DNA of 37,535 bases from Chlorokybus atmophyticus (taxonomy: Eukaryota; Plantae; Mesostigma and Chlorokybus algae), in assembly GCA_009103225.1 (NCBI GenBank), contig RHPI01000671.1, positions 470,825-508,359 of the forward strand, read 5' to 3'. The notes under the pieces are model-generated. The model was not told the DNA's origin. It did no database searches and saw only the letters and a program-made list of their open reading frames with translations. Below are positions 1-11,061 of the stretch, piece after piece. The stretch's first letter is position 1. Each line of letters opens with the position of its first letter. Position numbers and translations under genes: made by a program.

Positions 1-220
1 GGGGGTACGCGTATACGTGTGCGTGTGGGCGCTTGCACCTCGAGTCACCCGTGCGTAGGTAGGTGTAGCGGTAGTTAGGTATGCAATTACTAGAACATGT
101 GCTGACGCCCTGACACACATTTTTTGGTCGGTGCATATGTGCCTCACCTTCATCAGCAGTGACATACTTCCAGACTCGATGTCACCCACGCACATGCCAG
201 GCCTGGAAGCCCACACGCAG

Positions 221-934
221 GTGCTGTGCGGGCACGCCTTCTCCTGCTCCTTCTACAACAAGCTGAACCCGCCACTGATGCTGCAGATCGCTCAGTTGTT
301 CCAAGCGCTATGGCTGCGGTGCTGTCTGTCATTCACGGCTAAAACCACTAAACCAATAACTGCCTCTTCCAACAACCTTGCCCCGGAGCGCACATCGCAC
401 ATGCTTGTGAATTACCAGCGATAGAATACTACCCAATACATGCTCAGTACACGTGACACATGCCAGCAGCAGCGAGGTGGCAGCACCCTCACGGACACCA
501 TTGCCAACACCCTCAGCGCTCACTGCCCCCGCCTGCGCAGACTTGGCGTGTCCAACGGCATGCACACGCTCCCGGACCCATGACTCCGAGCCCTTGCGGC
601 CGGCTGCAAACAGGTAGCAAGTTATGCACATTCAATGCACTTCAACTCTTGCATGTCTGCAGCTGAACATGCATCTGCTTATGTGTGGTTGTGCACGTGC
701 GTGTGCGTGCGTGTCTCCGCCTGTGTGCGCGTGCGCGCGTGCCCATATGTGGGCGTATGTGTGTATGCGCACCTGAATGTTGAATGCAAGCAGGTCGATT
801 GCAAGCAAGTGCGAGCACATCACGGAGGCGGGCGTGACCGGCGTGCTGGCCAGCTGCAAGGAGCCAATGAGTCTGGTCATGTGCAGTGCAGCGTGGAGTG
901 GATTTGCATGTTCGACAAAGCTGACAACACGACG
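221..934 (+). pseudogene. Fragments of a cysteine-containing LRR (FBXL-type) gene, 2-3 exons
   Basis: ~472-613 translates STLTDTIANTLSAHCPRLRRLGVSNGMHTLPDP*LRALAAGCKQ and ends CAG|GTAGC. ~775-934 translates LNAS..SKCEHITEAGVTGVLASCKEPMSLVM and ends ACG|GTGAGT. Both fit the LRR_CC repeat pattern. In-frame TGA at 581-583. The putative exon from 221 is weaker. Confidence 0.6.
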
Positions 935-3183
935 GTGAGTGCAAGCAAGGGAAGATTCGCATGGACACATGACTGCGCACGCATGCGCACCAATGCAGCC
1001 AGTGCACGCGGTCTGCGTCTGTGTCTTGCGTGCGCACGCGCAGCCAACTACTCGCACATGTGATTCACTTTGTACTTGCATGTGCATGCGGTAGGGTGAT
1101 GGTCATCGGTGGTAGCAGTCATTCCCACCACCTGCACATGCATACATGTGTGTAGCATGCGACACATCATGTCTGCTTTGTGTATGTCATCGCGTCTATG
1201 CAGCGTGCTGGTGACCGACTGGGACTGTGCTCTGCTGGGTGCTATGCTGCTGGCTCAAATGATAGCTATGCATTGGAGGGTATGTGTGTGGTACTGACAT
1301 GTCATGAAATGATTGCCCGACAACGCGATACTAACTCATGTGGGGTGAACTCACAACGGCTAGTAACGAATGTTAGTGTCTGCCTATGACGCCCTAATTC
1401 AGATCTTAGCAGAAAACCAAGACCCGTAGTAGGTATAATTCCAGGCGCCTCGATTCTTAGGGTGGCGCGGGCCAAGCATTCCAAGAGATAGCGTTATCAC
1501 CCCCCCTATCATGCATGGCGCTTGCTGGGCGGCCTGATCATGCCTGCAAATAGCGAGGCGATGCAACTGGGGGCGGAGGGGGAGGCGTGGTGTGATATGT
1601 GGGTGATGCTGCATGCTGTATGGTGTGTACAAGATTTCCTCTTAGACACACATGCACACAACAACAAGTACACATGTCAGTATGAGCACCATTGATGGTA
1701 AGCTACTTGCTCGACGCCAGATCATGTCAACCTTACATATATGCACAAGAATAGGCGGCAATAGTCACAAGCAATTCTATACAAGTGATAATGCAAGCGA
1801 CAATGCATAGTGCTAAGGGCTGGTTGACGCCATACATTTACTCATGGCGTAGCATGCAACGTGTGCAGTGAAAGGAATGAAAATGGGTGGCATACGACGC
1901 TGGATTGCACACACTTGTGTTTAGCACCACCGCCCCGCAAGGCTGAGCGCCAGGCACATGGCCTGTTTGTCTCATTGGTTAAATTGAAGGTGGGTGAGAG
2001 TATGAACTTTGCATGTAGCGTTGTGCGTATGTGCCTGGTTATATACAATCATATTATGGTTCAAGCGCCATGTCTAAGTCATGCTCGCATTTAACCTTTC
2101 TCATTATAAGAGGGCGCACCTAACGTGCACTGCAACATCCCCTTGTATGCACATTTTGTCTCCATGCTCTGAGCTGGCATCTGCATTCTTACTTCAAGTT
2201 GTTTTGCGCATCCAATTGTGTTTTTCAGGTGCCAAATACGCTTAAGCATTTCGCGTTTGCTATTGGCATTAACCGTACATACATTTCAACCTCTTAGGGT
2301 ACGAATGGCTTTAAACAAATAAATCACATTTATTGCCTTGTCGCATTCGATGATGCAGCGCTTCTCGTAATTAACATCCAAAAAATAATTGCAATTATAT
2401 TTATAATTGCGACCAAGTTGCATCACCTGCAGTTATCACACAAACCCACACACAAACCCAAAGGCGGCACTTGGTTAAAACCTTATACCATGGCGTGATG
2501 ACGATAGTGAAAATCTTTGTCACAAAGCTTTCAACTAGTCTCTTATATATTACACTGACATTGGCAACAACATCAGTGCGCAGCGTTCACTGTGCACCGT
2601 AAACTTGTACAAAGCACTGCTCTCCATAAATTACCGGTTTATGCTACAGATTATTGCACTATCTAACACATCATTACTTGCCAAGATGCTTGCCACACAC
2701 TATTAGCATAAGCAATCGATACCGCTTTATCAACCAGCGATTTTTATAAAATGTGTTAATTCGATATGGTTGTTCTTAATGGCAAGCAACTTGTAACACC
2801 TCAACTTATAAGCACTTTATCTCGTTTCAATGAATGGATTTAAACATCGTAACGTGACCCAATATATGGTACATGTTTGGAACGCACGGCGAAAATTGCA
2901 GCAGAGTTTGAACGACTCGAGTTTTGTATAGTCCTACATCACATGTGCCTACATCACATGTACTGACAGGTACTGCAATGCCGACCGCTTGCGACTATGC
3001 ATGTGGGATTCCTGTTTATTTGTGAAAGAAAGCTTCGCATTTCAACTCGCTCGGCGAGATTGCTGGTTTGCCGCCCGGCGGCGGCGGCAGTTGTGGTGGG
3101 GCCCTGAGAGGAGGCAGGCCTTAAGAGGAAAGAGCAGCAGAAGGACAAGCCTTAGAGCTCCTCTCTGCTGCTGCTTTGTCCGG

Positions 3184-3261
3184 ATGGCCGACTCAAAGCT
3201 GTGGGAGTCCATCCTGACGCTATGCGTGGTGGTAAACATGCTCGTGGTCATGGCCCTTGAG
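3184..3261 (+). pseudogene. First exon of an SLC13/DASS (SLT-like) sulfate/anion transporter
   Basis: ATG at 3184 gives MADSKLWESILTLCVVVNMLVVMALE followed by GAG|GTGAGC donor. It resembles the N-terminal TM helix (W..I....V..+VVMA.E) of algal SLT-type permeases, and the matching C-terminus is at 29.3-29.7 kb. Confidence 0.55.
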
Positions 3262-3609
3262 GTGAGCTAGCACGTGGGTGTCGTGATCATATAGTCTGTA
3301 GTGTCGTGCCTGCCATGGTCGAGGGTCACGCCGTCTCGGGCACACTGCAGATGAGCGCCCATGCCGCGGGGCATGCTGGTGCTAAGCGCACTATTGGAGC
3401 AACACAAACAAAGACAACCCCCCAGACATAGGCATAGGCTCGGGGATGAACCTATGTGAGGATCTGATATGTAGTAGAGCTGGTGACGCTCTCCTCCTTA
3501 TTGTACCTATTGTGCTGTAGTACACACAGTCAACAAGCCACCCCCCCTAAGGTCCTGGGGTAGCCTCCTGCTCCAGGACTCAGCTTCAACCGACTGTGTG
3601 GGGGACCGT

Positions 3610-4690
3610 CGATGCGGCAGTCATCGCACCAATACTCTCATAGCGGCACCTTGTCCAATGGAGGGTCAAGGCAGTAACAGTGCATGCCTTGGTTGCAGCC
3701 TTCGCATAACAGCATCACCGGTTCGCGGTCGGCACTGCCACATTTCTCGCAGCGGTTGCTTCGCAGCGGTTGCGGGTGCTGGATCTTGCCGACGCCAGCA
3801 ACACGGGGAAGATGACAGGGCACGCAGTTCACCATGTTGTCCTTCATGTATTCGCCTTGTTGTCTCAGAAGGTCCAGTACCCCTGTGGGATACACTTTTA
3901 ATACCTTATAGACAGCATGCCCGAGGGAGGTGTCGAGGGTGTCGTGTGTGGTTGCCATGCGGTAGACGAAGTCTCCTAGCTGGAAGCGGCGTCCTCGCTT
4001 CTTTAAAAAATTGCTGCGCACACGCTCGTAGCGAAGCGTGTCGTGGTATTAAGCGATGCGCAAGTTGTGGAAGGCCATGAGGACAGTGTGCTCGAACAGC
4101 GCGCTGCGCGCTGTCAGATCATACAGCATCTCGTTGGGGTTGTTAAGATTGTCCACCACGCTGTCGACCTCTTGCTGTGCGTGGGAAGGGAGCAATGGCT
4201 GCCTTCCAAACAGCAAATAGTATGGGCTGTACTCCCACAGTGCTGCCTGCTTGGACAGCCGGTACCCCAGTGCCACCCATGGGAGGTGGTCAACCCATGT
4301 GCTCTTGTCGTAGTCGAGGACAAACATGCGCAAAGCCTTCTTCATACTCTGCACGGTACGCTCAGCGAGACCATTGGCTTGTGGATGGTTGCGTGAAATA
4401 CGGCGATGGTCAATGAAGCATCTGTCCAAGAGCTTGTCAAAGGCTCCTCTGAACTCCGTACGTTGGTCGGTGATGACATCAGCACAGCTGCCGATGCGTC
4501 CGAGTACATGGGAGAGGAAAGCCTGGGCTACTCCCTTGCTGCTCTTGTCGGGCAGGGACACCAGCTCCACCCACTTGAAGAAGTGCTCGATCATGACGAG
4601 GATGTAGCGGCCTCGTGCTGAGGGCAATAAGTGCCCGAGGATGTCCAGTTCCCAGCGGTAGAACAGTCCCAAATGTTGGCAGAACTGCTG
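3610..4690 (-). pseudogene. Element A integrase core plus C-terminal PHD finger
   Basis: FYRWELD...ITDQRTEF...HPQANGLAERTVQ (DDE core), then RCEKCGSADREPVMLLCEGCNQGMHCYCLDPPLDKVPL*EYWCDDC (C4HC3 PHD). Confidence 0.92.
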
Positions 4691-5006
4691 CCAATCAGTC
4701 ACCAGAGAGAGGCTGTGCATACACACTCAATATGCACATAGCACACATCTCTACACATGCATATGCAAGCACACAGCATGCTAGCATGTAACGTGCAAGC
4801 ACACAGCAAGCACAAGCTACAAGTCGCACACAGCAACTGGGAGACCTCAACCCTCGTAAGTGCAAGTCTAGCAGGGCTCAAACTGAGAGTCTAACTCAAT
4901 GGCAGCAATGCCCGTGGCCAATATACCCTAGGCAGCCCCATAGGAGAATACTCCTATCCTACTGTAGATATCTACCCCAAGTATCAAGTCCAGGCTGATA
5001 TCTACA
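4686..5006. mobile_element. ~320-bp non-coding insertion (LTR-like, TG...CA) splitting the element A integrase
   Basis: The integrase zinc-finger region (..VREFVSNCQQCDMVRTSLNTRNTT) stops at 5007 and resumes as ..GLFYRWELD below ~4685. The insert has TG/CA ends and a TGTAGATATC..GATATCTACA inverted repeat at 4963-5006. No TSD found. Confidence 0.5.
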
Positions 5007-6650
5007 GGTGGTGTTGCGCGTGTTGAGGCTCGTGCGGACCATGTCACACTGCTGGCAGTTGCTGACGAACTCGCGCACTTGTTTATGCACCCCATACCAT
5101 CAGTACTAGTACTAGTCCTAATTAGACTGACCGTGCGCTTGACACCGAGGTGTCCGAGCTCGGTGTGAAGGGCAGCGATGATGCCTTCTCGCGCAGCTGG
5201 TGCTGGGACCTCCTTGTCCTCATATTGTATCCGTCGATACAGCTTGTTGTCGCCTCAGCGCTGAGTGCGCTGACCGACGCGGTCCTTCTCGCACGCGCTC
5301 ATGCCTGCTGAAAATTGTCTAGTCTGGAGCAGCGCGAGGGATGGCTTGTTAAGCCAAATGTCCTGTCATGTGTCGGTGGGTGCCAACTCCTTATCGTCCA
5401 CCTCAAGGTCGGCGGCGAGCGCTCCTCTAAGGGGTCAGTGACGGTGACGGTGAGCCCGAAAGAAGGCACGTTCTCGCCTGCTGCTGCCTCAGTGGCCCAG
5501 GTCTTGCGTCCTAAATGTAGCGCAGCGACGGAGAACATGGCCGCTACACCTGGAGGTGCGGCTGCAGAACGCAACTCGTGTCGGGCTCCTGTCGCATCAT
5601 TGGTGCTAAGGTAAGGCCATCTGCGTCCTGGTTGGACAGGCCTACCCGATGCTCCACCTCAAAGTTATACTCCTGCAGCAGCAGTGCCCACCGTGCCAGC
5701 TTGCCTATTAGGTGCTGGTTGGTCATCAGCCACTTCAGTGGTTGGTGGTCAGTAGTCAGCTGAAACTGCCATCGACCAGAAAGGGCGGAAGAAAGAGATG
5801 GCCCATACTGTGGCGAGACACTCCCCCTCGTAGCTGCTGCAATTGGCCTTAGCGCTGTTGTTGCTGCGGTTGGCATACGACACTACGCGCTCCTTCTTGT
5901 TGTCATCGTGCTGCACGAGCACTGCTCCCATGCCGAGCTTGCTCCAATCTGTGTGCAGGATGAATGACCTGTTGTAGTTAGGTCGCTGAAGAGTGGGAGC
6001 TGTGATGAGTCGGAGTTTCAGCTCCTCGAAGGCCTCTTGTCGTGCCTCCTTCCACAGGAACTCCGTGTCCTTCCTTAGCAGCTCGTTGAGTGGCCGCGCG
6101 AGCTTTGCGAAGACCTTGACGAACCGTCTGTAGTAGTTGGCAAGGCCGAGGAAAGCACGCAGTCGCGTGAGATCTGTGGGGGTAGGGATGGCCACCAGTG
6201 CCTCCACCTTGGCTACTGTACATACACACCGTATGGCACAATTATGTGCCCTAGGTAAGGTACCTTGTGGGTAAAGAAGGCACACTTGTCGGGGTGCACC
6301 GTCATCCCTACTTCCTTCAGTCTCTGTAGCACCTCCTCGATGTGCCTGCGATGCTCCTCATTGCTGCGACTGAAGATGAGGATGTCGTCGATATAGCAGC
6401 GTACGAAGTCCAATCCCCTGTGGGCTTTGTCCATGACGCGCTGGAACTTGGCAGGAGCAATCTTCAGTCCGAAGGGCATGACCTTCCACTGGTACAGCTG
6501 CCGGTTGCCCCAGAAGGAGGTCTTGTGCTTGTCCTCCTCCTTGATGGCGATCTGATTGTACCCTTGGCGCATGTCCAGGATGCTGAAGACTGTACAGTCT
6601 CCTACATCATCTAGGATACCTTCTGTAGTAGGCATTTGATACATGTCTTG
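5007..6650 (-). pseudogene. Element A RT (C-terminal part), RNase H and integrase N-terminal HHCC region
   Basis: SILDMRQGYNQI..MPFGL..CYIDDILIFS; LHTDWSKLGMGAVL; LTTDHQPLKWL; LHTELGHLGVKRT..WYGVHKQVREFVSNCQQC, with frameshifts. Confidence 0.93.
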
Positions 6651-6783
6651 TGTCGTGCCTTCCCTCATCGTGGCTCGAACTTGTCGTAAACCACCTTGTC
6701 ATGCATGTCCGTGTGCTATTGTACATGAGACCATGTCATGGTATCTCATGCACTGCCTCTCATCACATGGTAGACACACATAG
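6651..6783. repeat. 133-bp block X extending beyond the 3' LTR of element B (copy 1)
   Basis: Starts TGTCGTGCC directly after the CTTG TSD. Absent next to the 5' LTR. A second, diverged copy lies at 7574-7709. Confidence 0.8.
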
Positions 6784-7571
6784 TGAAAGATGCGTGTCCC
6801 CTTGCAAAAGGTAGGCAAGATGACCACAACTTGACTTGCAATCAGCCGTTCACTCGTGTAGAGCAGTCCAAACTCAATCCTCACTCAATGTACATGCTAG
6901 GGCAGCCCATACGGTGCATGAAAGTCGCAACAGTGACACACACCCCTTCATGCACAGCAACGAACACGTGCACACACACCATACATGCAAGCATGTGCAC
7001 AAGCATCCGCTCAGCCAAGAACCTCTCCCAAAGGTGTTGCTTGCACTCCAGTAGGCCAACTTGCATCCAACCAAACTAGGAAACAAGCTAGCAAAGCCTT
7101 ATATACCACCGTTGAGCCCAAGCCCAACCTACTCTCCAACTACCCTAACTGTCAGTCTGCACCAGCATAGTAACAGTCATGATGGCGTTGATAAGTAACG
7201 GTAGACGGTTAGGAAAGGCTATGCTTATCTAAGCCTATCCTCTTCAAGTACACTTCAAGATGCATCTTGTGACGCCAACCCACGGCCAAACCGCCACTCC
7301 AACTGTAAGTTATGGCTTCTCAAAGTCACAACTCCAAAACAGCTGCGCGGGATACTATAATGACTCAAATATGCTGTCAGCTCGGTATCTGACTGTAGAT
7401 ACGCCTCGAACACACCTCCCTCACGTCCATGAGGACCCAAACATGAGTTCCCAACAAAAACCCAACACATAAACCGTGTAAAATGGCTACGAGAGCCGAA
7501 ATCTCAAGGTCCATCCATGCCGCCAGCCCCGAGGGCACCATGCACATGACACTACATGCTCGCGCATGACA
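6784..7571 (-). repeat. 3' LTR of element B (788 bp)
   Basis: Sense strand TGTCATG...TCTTTCA. Matches 14872-15659 with 9 substitutions counted by eye (7 transitions). Confidence 0.95.
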
Positions 7572-7573
7572 GC

Positions 7574-7724
7574 TGTCGTGCCTTCCCTCATCGTGGCTCG
7601 AACTCGTCGTAAACCACCTTGTTATGCATGTCCGTATGCTATGAGACACCATGAGACCATGTCATGCTATCTCATGCACTGCCTCTCATCACATGGTAGA
7701 CACACATAGTGAAAGATGCGTGTC
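7574..7724. repeat. Second copy of block X plus the terminal 15 bp of the LTR, lying between the PPT and the 3' LTR
   Basis: Similar to 6651-6798 with several substitutions and a small indel. Ends in AGTGAAAGATGCGTGTC (7708-7724), also present at 14870-14886. Confidence 0.85.
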
Positions 7725-7735
7725 GCTACCCCCTG
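7725..7735 (-). other. Polypurine tract candidate of element B
   Basis: Sense CAGGGGGTAGC just after the PHD coding region, analogous to AGGGGGGGTGGCT in element A. Confidence 0.6.
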
Positions 7736-7784
7736 CAGCTGAGCGCCAACGCCCTCGTGCGCCTTCAGCTGACTCACACGCTCA

Positions 7785-8297
7785 TCGCGTAGTCCTCGTA
7801 CACTCTCAACAGTACCATGCTCCATCAGGGATCTCCTCAAGTGGACGAAGGCACTCCATGTGCCAACCGGCAACACATTTGTTGCATAGAAGCATGGTGT
7901 TCCAGCCCTCTGCTCGGCCACACCGTTCACAACGGTGACCCACATCTGGTATTGCCAGAGCCGGATCCACACTGTCATCCACGTTTGGCAGATGGCAAGG
8001 AGCGCAGCTCTTCATGTGCTCCTTGATGGTCCTGGCATCAGCTCCCTCCAACAACAACACACCGTTGTTGAGGTGCTTCTTCACATGACGGATGGTGCGA
8101 CTCGCACTCGTATCCAGCGTGTCCTTGGTCTTTCTCTGCAGATACACAAAGGCACCTGGCTGAAACTTCTGCAGTCTTGGCTTGTAGAAGCCACTCCTCA
8201 CCCTGGCATAGCGCAACGTGTCGCGGTGTTGCGCCACTTGCAAGTTGCCAAGTGCGATTGGCATCACACGCCGAAACAGCTCCGCACACTTTGCCAT
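7785..8297 (-). pseudogene. Element B integrase C-terminal region plus PHD finger
   Basis: RCERCGRAEGWNTMLLCNKCVAGWHMECLRPLEEIPDGAWYC*EC is a C4HC3 PHD with one TGA stop. Confidence 0.92.
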
Positions 8298-8336
8298 CTC
8301 CTTCTCTCACACAGTGGGATCCTCCAAGGCAAGCTC

Positions 8337-10145
8337 CTACTCAACCTGTCTCCGGATTGATGTTGGCAGTATAGGCTCTCTCCCATACAATAAAAAGTAG
8401 GGGCTGTATGAGCTCAACGCAGCCTGCCGCGTTATGCGATAGCCCATCCCCAGCCATGGCAACGCCAAGTCCCAGTCTCTCTTGTTGTGGTTGAGACAGT
8501 ACTTGCGAAGCCCCTTCTTCACCACCTGTACCATTCTCTCAGCAAGCCCATCGGCTTGAGGATGGTCACGGGAAGTCCTTTGATGGTCGATGAAGGCTTG
8601 CGCCAACAAGTCATCGAACTGGCCACGAAACTCGGTGCCTTGGTCAGTGAGAACCTCAGCACAAGCACCGAATCTGCTCAGTACTTGGTCAAGGAAAGCT
8701 TCCGCTACAAGCTTGCTCTCCTTCGATGGCAGCGCCACGACCTCGACCCACTTTGAAAAGTGCTCTATCACCACGAGCACATAGCGGTTGCCTCTCTTGC
8801 TGACTGGTAGATCTCCGGCCAGATCTAGGCTCCACCGATAGAATAGTCCTTGGATAGGCAGAGGGTGCAGCTGTGGGTGCTTGGTATTGAAGCTTGCTCT
8901 CACCCTGTCGCACTCCACACAACTTGCAACAACTCCCGCCACGGTAGACTGCATGCCAGCCCACCAATATGCTGATTGCACGAGTTCAAGTGTCCTCTTG
9001 ACACCAAAGTGGCCCATCTTCTCATGGAGCAGCTCCACAAGTGGCTTCCTCTCATGTGGTTGGGGCACAGTCCTCACACCACCATCCGGCATCAAGCGCA
9101 CAAGGTGGTCTCCCTCCCACCGATAGCGTTGCGCGCGTTGCCACACGCGATCTCGCGTCGCCGTGCTGCAACCAGCTTGGAACAGCCCGGTCTTAAGATG
9201 AGCAAGCACCTGCTCATCCCTCCAAATGTCCTTTGAAGCCTCGGATTCCTCCCCTTCAATGTCATTGACCGTTGGGGCTGGTGCAGCCACCAAAGGCGGC
9301 ATCGCACCATCGTTGTTGCTCTCTCCAGCTGCGTTTACGCGCGTGGATGCGCATGCTTCCACCGAACCCGCCAACACTAGCAAAGAGGCCACACGGTAGG
9401 CCAAAAACCCAGCCATGGGCATGCCATAGTCATGCCTCGCCTCACTCTCATCCAACGATGAAGGGTTCCTACTCAGCCCATCCGCGTCCATGTTGTCAAC
9501 ACCAGCTCGGTGTTCAATCTCAAACTCATACTTCTGCAGTATGAGCGCCCACCTGGCATGCTTCCCTGTGAGCTTGTCATTGGTCATCAACCACCTCAAG
9601 GGCTGATGGTCGGTGATAAGTGTGAAGGGACGGCCATAGAGGAACGGTCTGAAGTGAACAATGGCCCAAACTACTGCCAAACACTCCCCCTCGTAGGAGC
9701 TGTAGTTCGCCTCAGCGTTGTTGTTGCTTCGGCTGCCGTATGCGACTACGTATTCCTTCCCGTTGTCGTCATGTTGACACAACACGGCCCCCATGCCCAA
9801 CCGGCTCCAATTCGTGTGTAGGATGAAGGGACGGTTGTAGTCCGCCCGTCTCAACACCGGCGCGGTGCATAGCTTCTCCTTGAGAAGCTCAAAGGCACGT
9901 TGGCACTCCTCCGACCAGCACCAGGCCTTGTCCTTCTTCAACAAATCATTCAAGGGCTTTGCAATCTTGCTATACCCCTCCACGAACCTCCGATAGTAGT
10001 TCGCCAAGCCAAGAAACGCCCGTAGTCGGCTAATGTCTGTCGGTGCAGGCACTTGCACCAAGGCATCCACCTTTGCTTGCTGCACACGGACGCCATCCGG
10101 CACTATCTCATAGCCGAGATAAGGGATGTGATTAGCTCCGAACAA
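8337..10145 (-). CDS. Element B RT thumb/RNase H/integrase (HHCC + DDE), 602-aa open stretch of the polyprotein
   Basis: FLGLANYYRRF; LITDHQPLRWL; HEKMGHFG..CVEC; RWSLDLAG, TDQGTEF, GLAERMV. Confidence 0.95.
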   Translation of the reverse strand: MFGANHIPYLGYEIVPDGVRVQQAKVDALVQVPAPTDISRLRAFLGLANYYRRFVEGYSKIAKPLNDLLKKDKAWCWSEECQRAFELLKEKLCTAPVLRRADYNRPFILHTNWSRLGMGAVLCQHDDNGKEYVVAYGSRSNNNAEANYSSYEGECLAVVWAIVHFRPFLYGRPFTLITDHQPLRWLMTNDKLTGKHARWALILQKYEFEIEHRAGVDNMDADGLSRNPSSLDESEARHDYGMPMAGFLAYRVASLLVLAGSVEACASTRVNAAGESNNDGAMPPLVAAPAPTVNDIEGEESEASKDIWRDEQVLAHLKTGLFQAGCSTATRDRVWQRAQRYRWEGDHLVRLMPDGGVRTVPQPHERKPLVELLHEKMGHFGVKRTLELVQSAYWWAGMQSTVAGVVASCVECDRVRASFNTKHPQLHPLPIQGLFYRWSLDLAGDLPVSKRGNRYVLVVIEHFSKWVEVVALPSKESKLVAEAFLDQVLSRFGACAEVLTDQGTEFRGQFDDLLAQAFIDHQRTSRDHPQADGLAERMVQVVKKGLRKYCLNHNKRDWDLALPWLGMGYRITRQAALSSYSPYFLLYGREPILPTSIRRQVE

Positions 10146-11061
10146 GCACTTCTCTTGGTGACATCATGCCGCTCTCGCGCACGCGCTCGAACACGAGCTC
10201 CAAGTGTACAAGATGCTCCTCCATCGTGTGGCTAAACACCAATATGTCATCGATGTAGCACCGTGCAAAGGGTAGACCACGAAGCACACGGTCCATCACA
10301 CGCTGGAACTTCACAGGTGCATTCTTCAAGCCGAACGGCATGACCTTCCATTGGTAGAGCTGATCCACTCCCCAAAACGCTGTCTTGCCACGATCCTATG
10401 GCTTGATGGCTAGCTGGTTGAAACCCTGCCTCAAGTCCACGATGGAGAACACCTTTGCACCACCGATGTCATCAAAGATGGCCTCAGGGATAGGCATAGG
10501 GTACCGATCAGCCTTGGTCTTCTCATTCAATGGCCTATAGTCACCACACATCCTCCTTGAGGTCCAGTTTCCCTGTGCATCCTTCTTCAACGGCAACACT
10601 AACGCCGCTGCGAAGTCCGAGGTTGACTCCTCGATGAGTCCAGCCTCCAACAAGTCCGCACACTTCTCTGCCACAAACTCCTTCTCCACCTTGCTCAGCC
10701 GATACTGCCGACGAAAGATGGGCTCAGGAGAGGTCAACTCAATGTCCATTGTGTAGAAGTTGCAGACTCCCAACTCCTTGGTAGAGTAGGCGAAGCAGTC
10801 ACGCTTGCGCGCCAGCAATGCCTCAAGCCACTCACGCTCATGTGGTGTCACATGCTCGCCTATACACCACTCCATGGTCTGGTCGGTGGCCTTCTCCTGC
10901 TTCAAGGCACCATCCACAGCCGCTTTCTTGCCACTTGCAGCTGTCACAGGCGAAAAAGACACCCCCTTACTCTCCTCATGCTGTACATCATGCTCCCACC
11001 CCCTCGACAGAGGCGCAGGCTCCCAACGCGCTTGCTGTCGCATCGGCATAATGCTTGCCAC
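10132..11061 (-). pseudogene. Element B reverse transcriptase (one stop, one frameshift)
   Basis: RMCGDYRPLN..YPMP..VDLRQGFNQL..MPFGLKNAP..CYIDDILVFS. Confidence 0.95.

Noticed and set aside
3184-3261. Voltage-gated channel S1 helix
   Set aside because: Also plausible by pattern, but the upstream Met, spacing and the SLC13 C-terminus on the same strand favour an SLT N-terminus; kept as the alternative.
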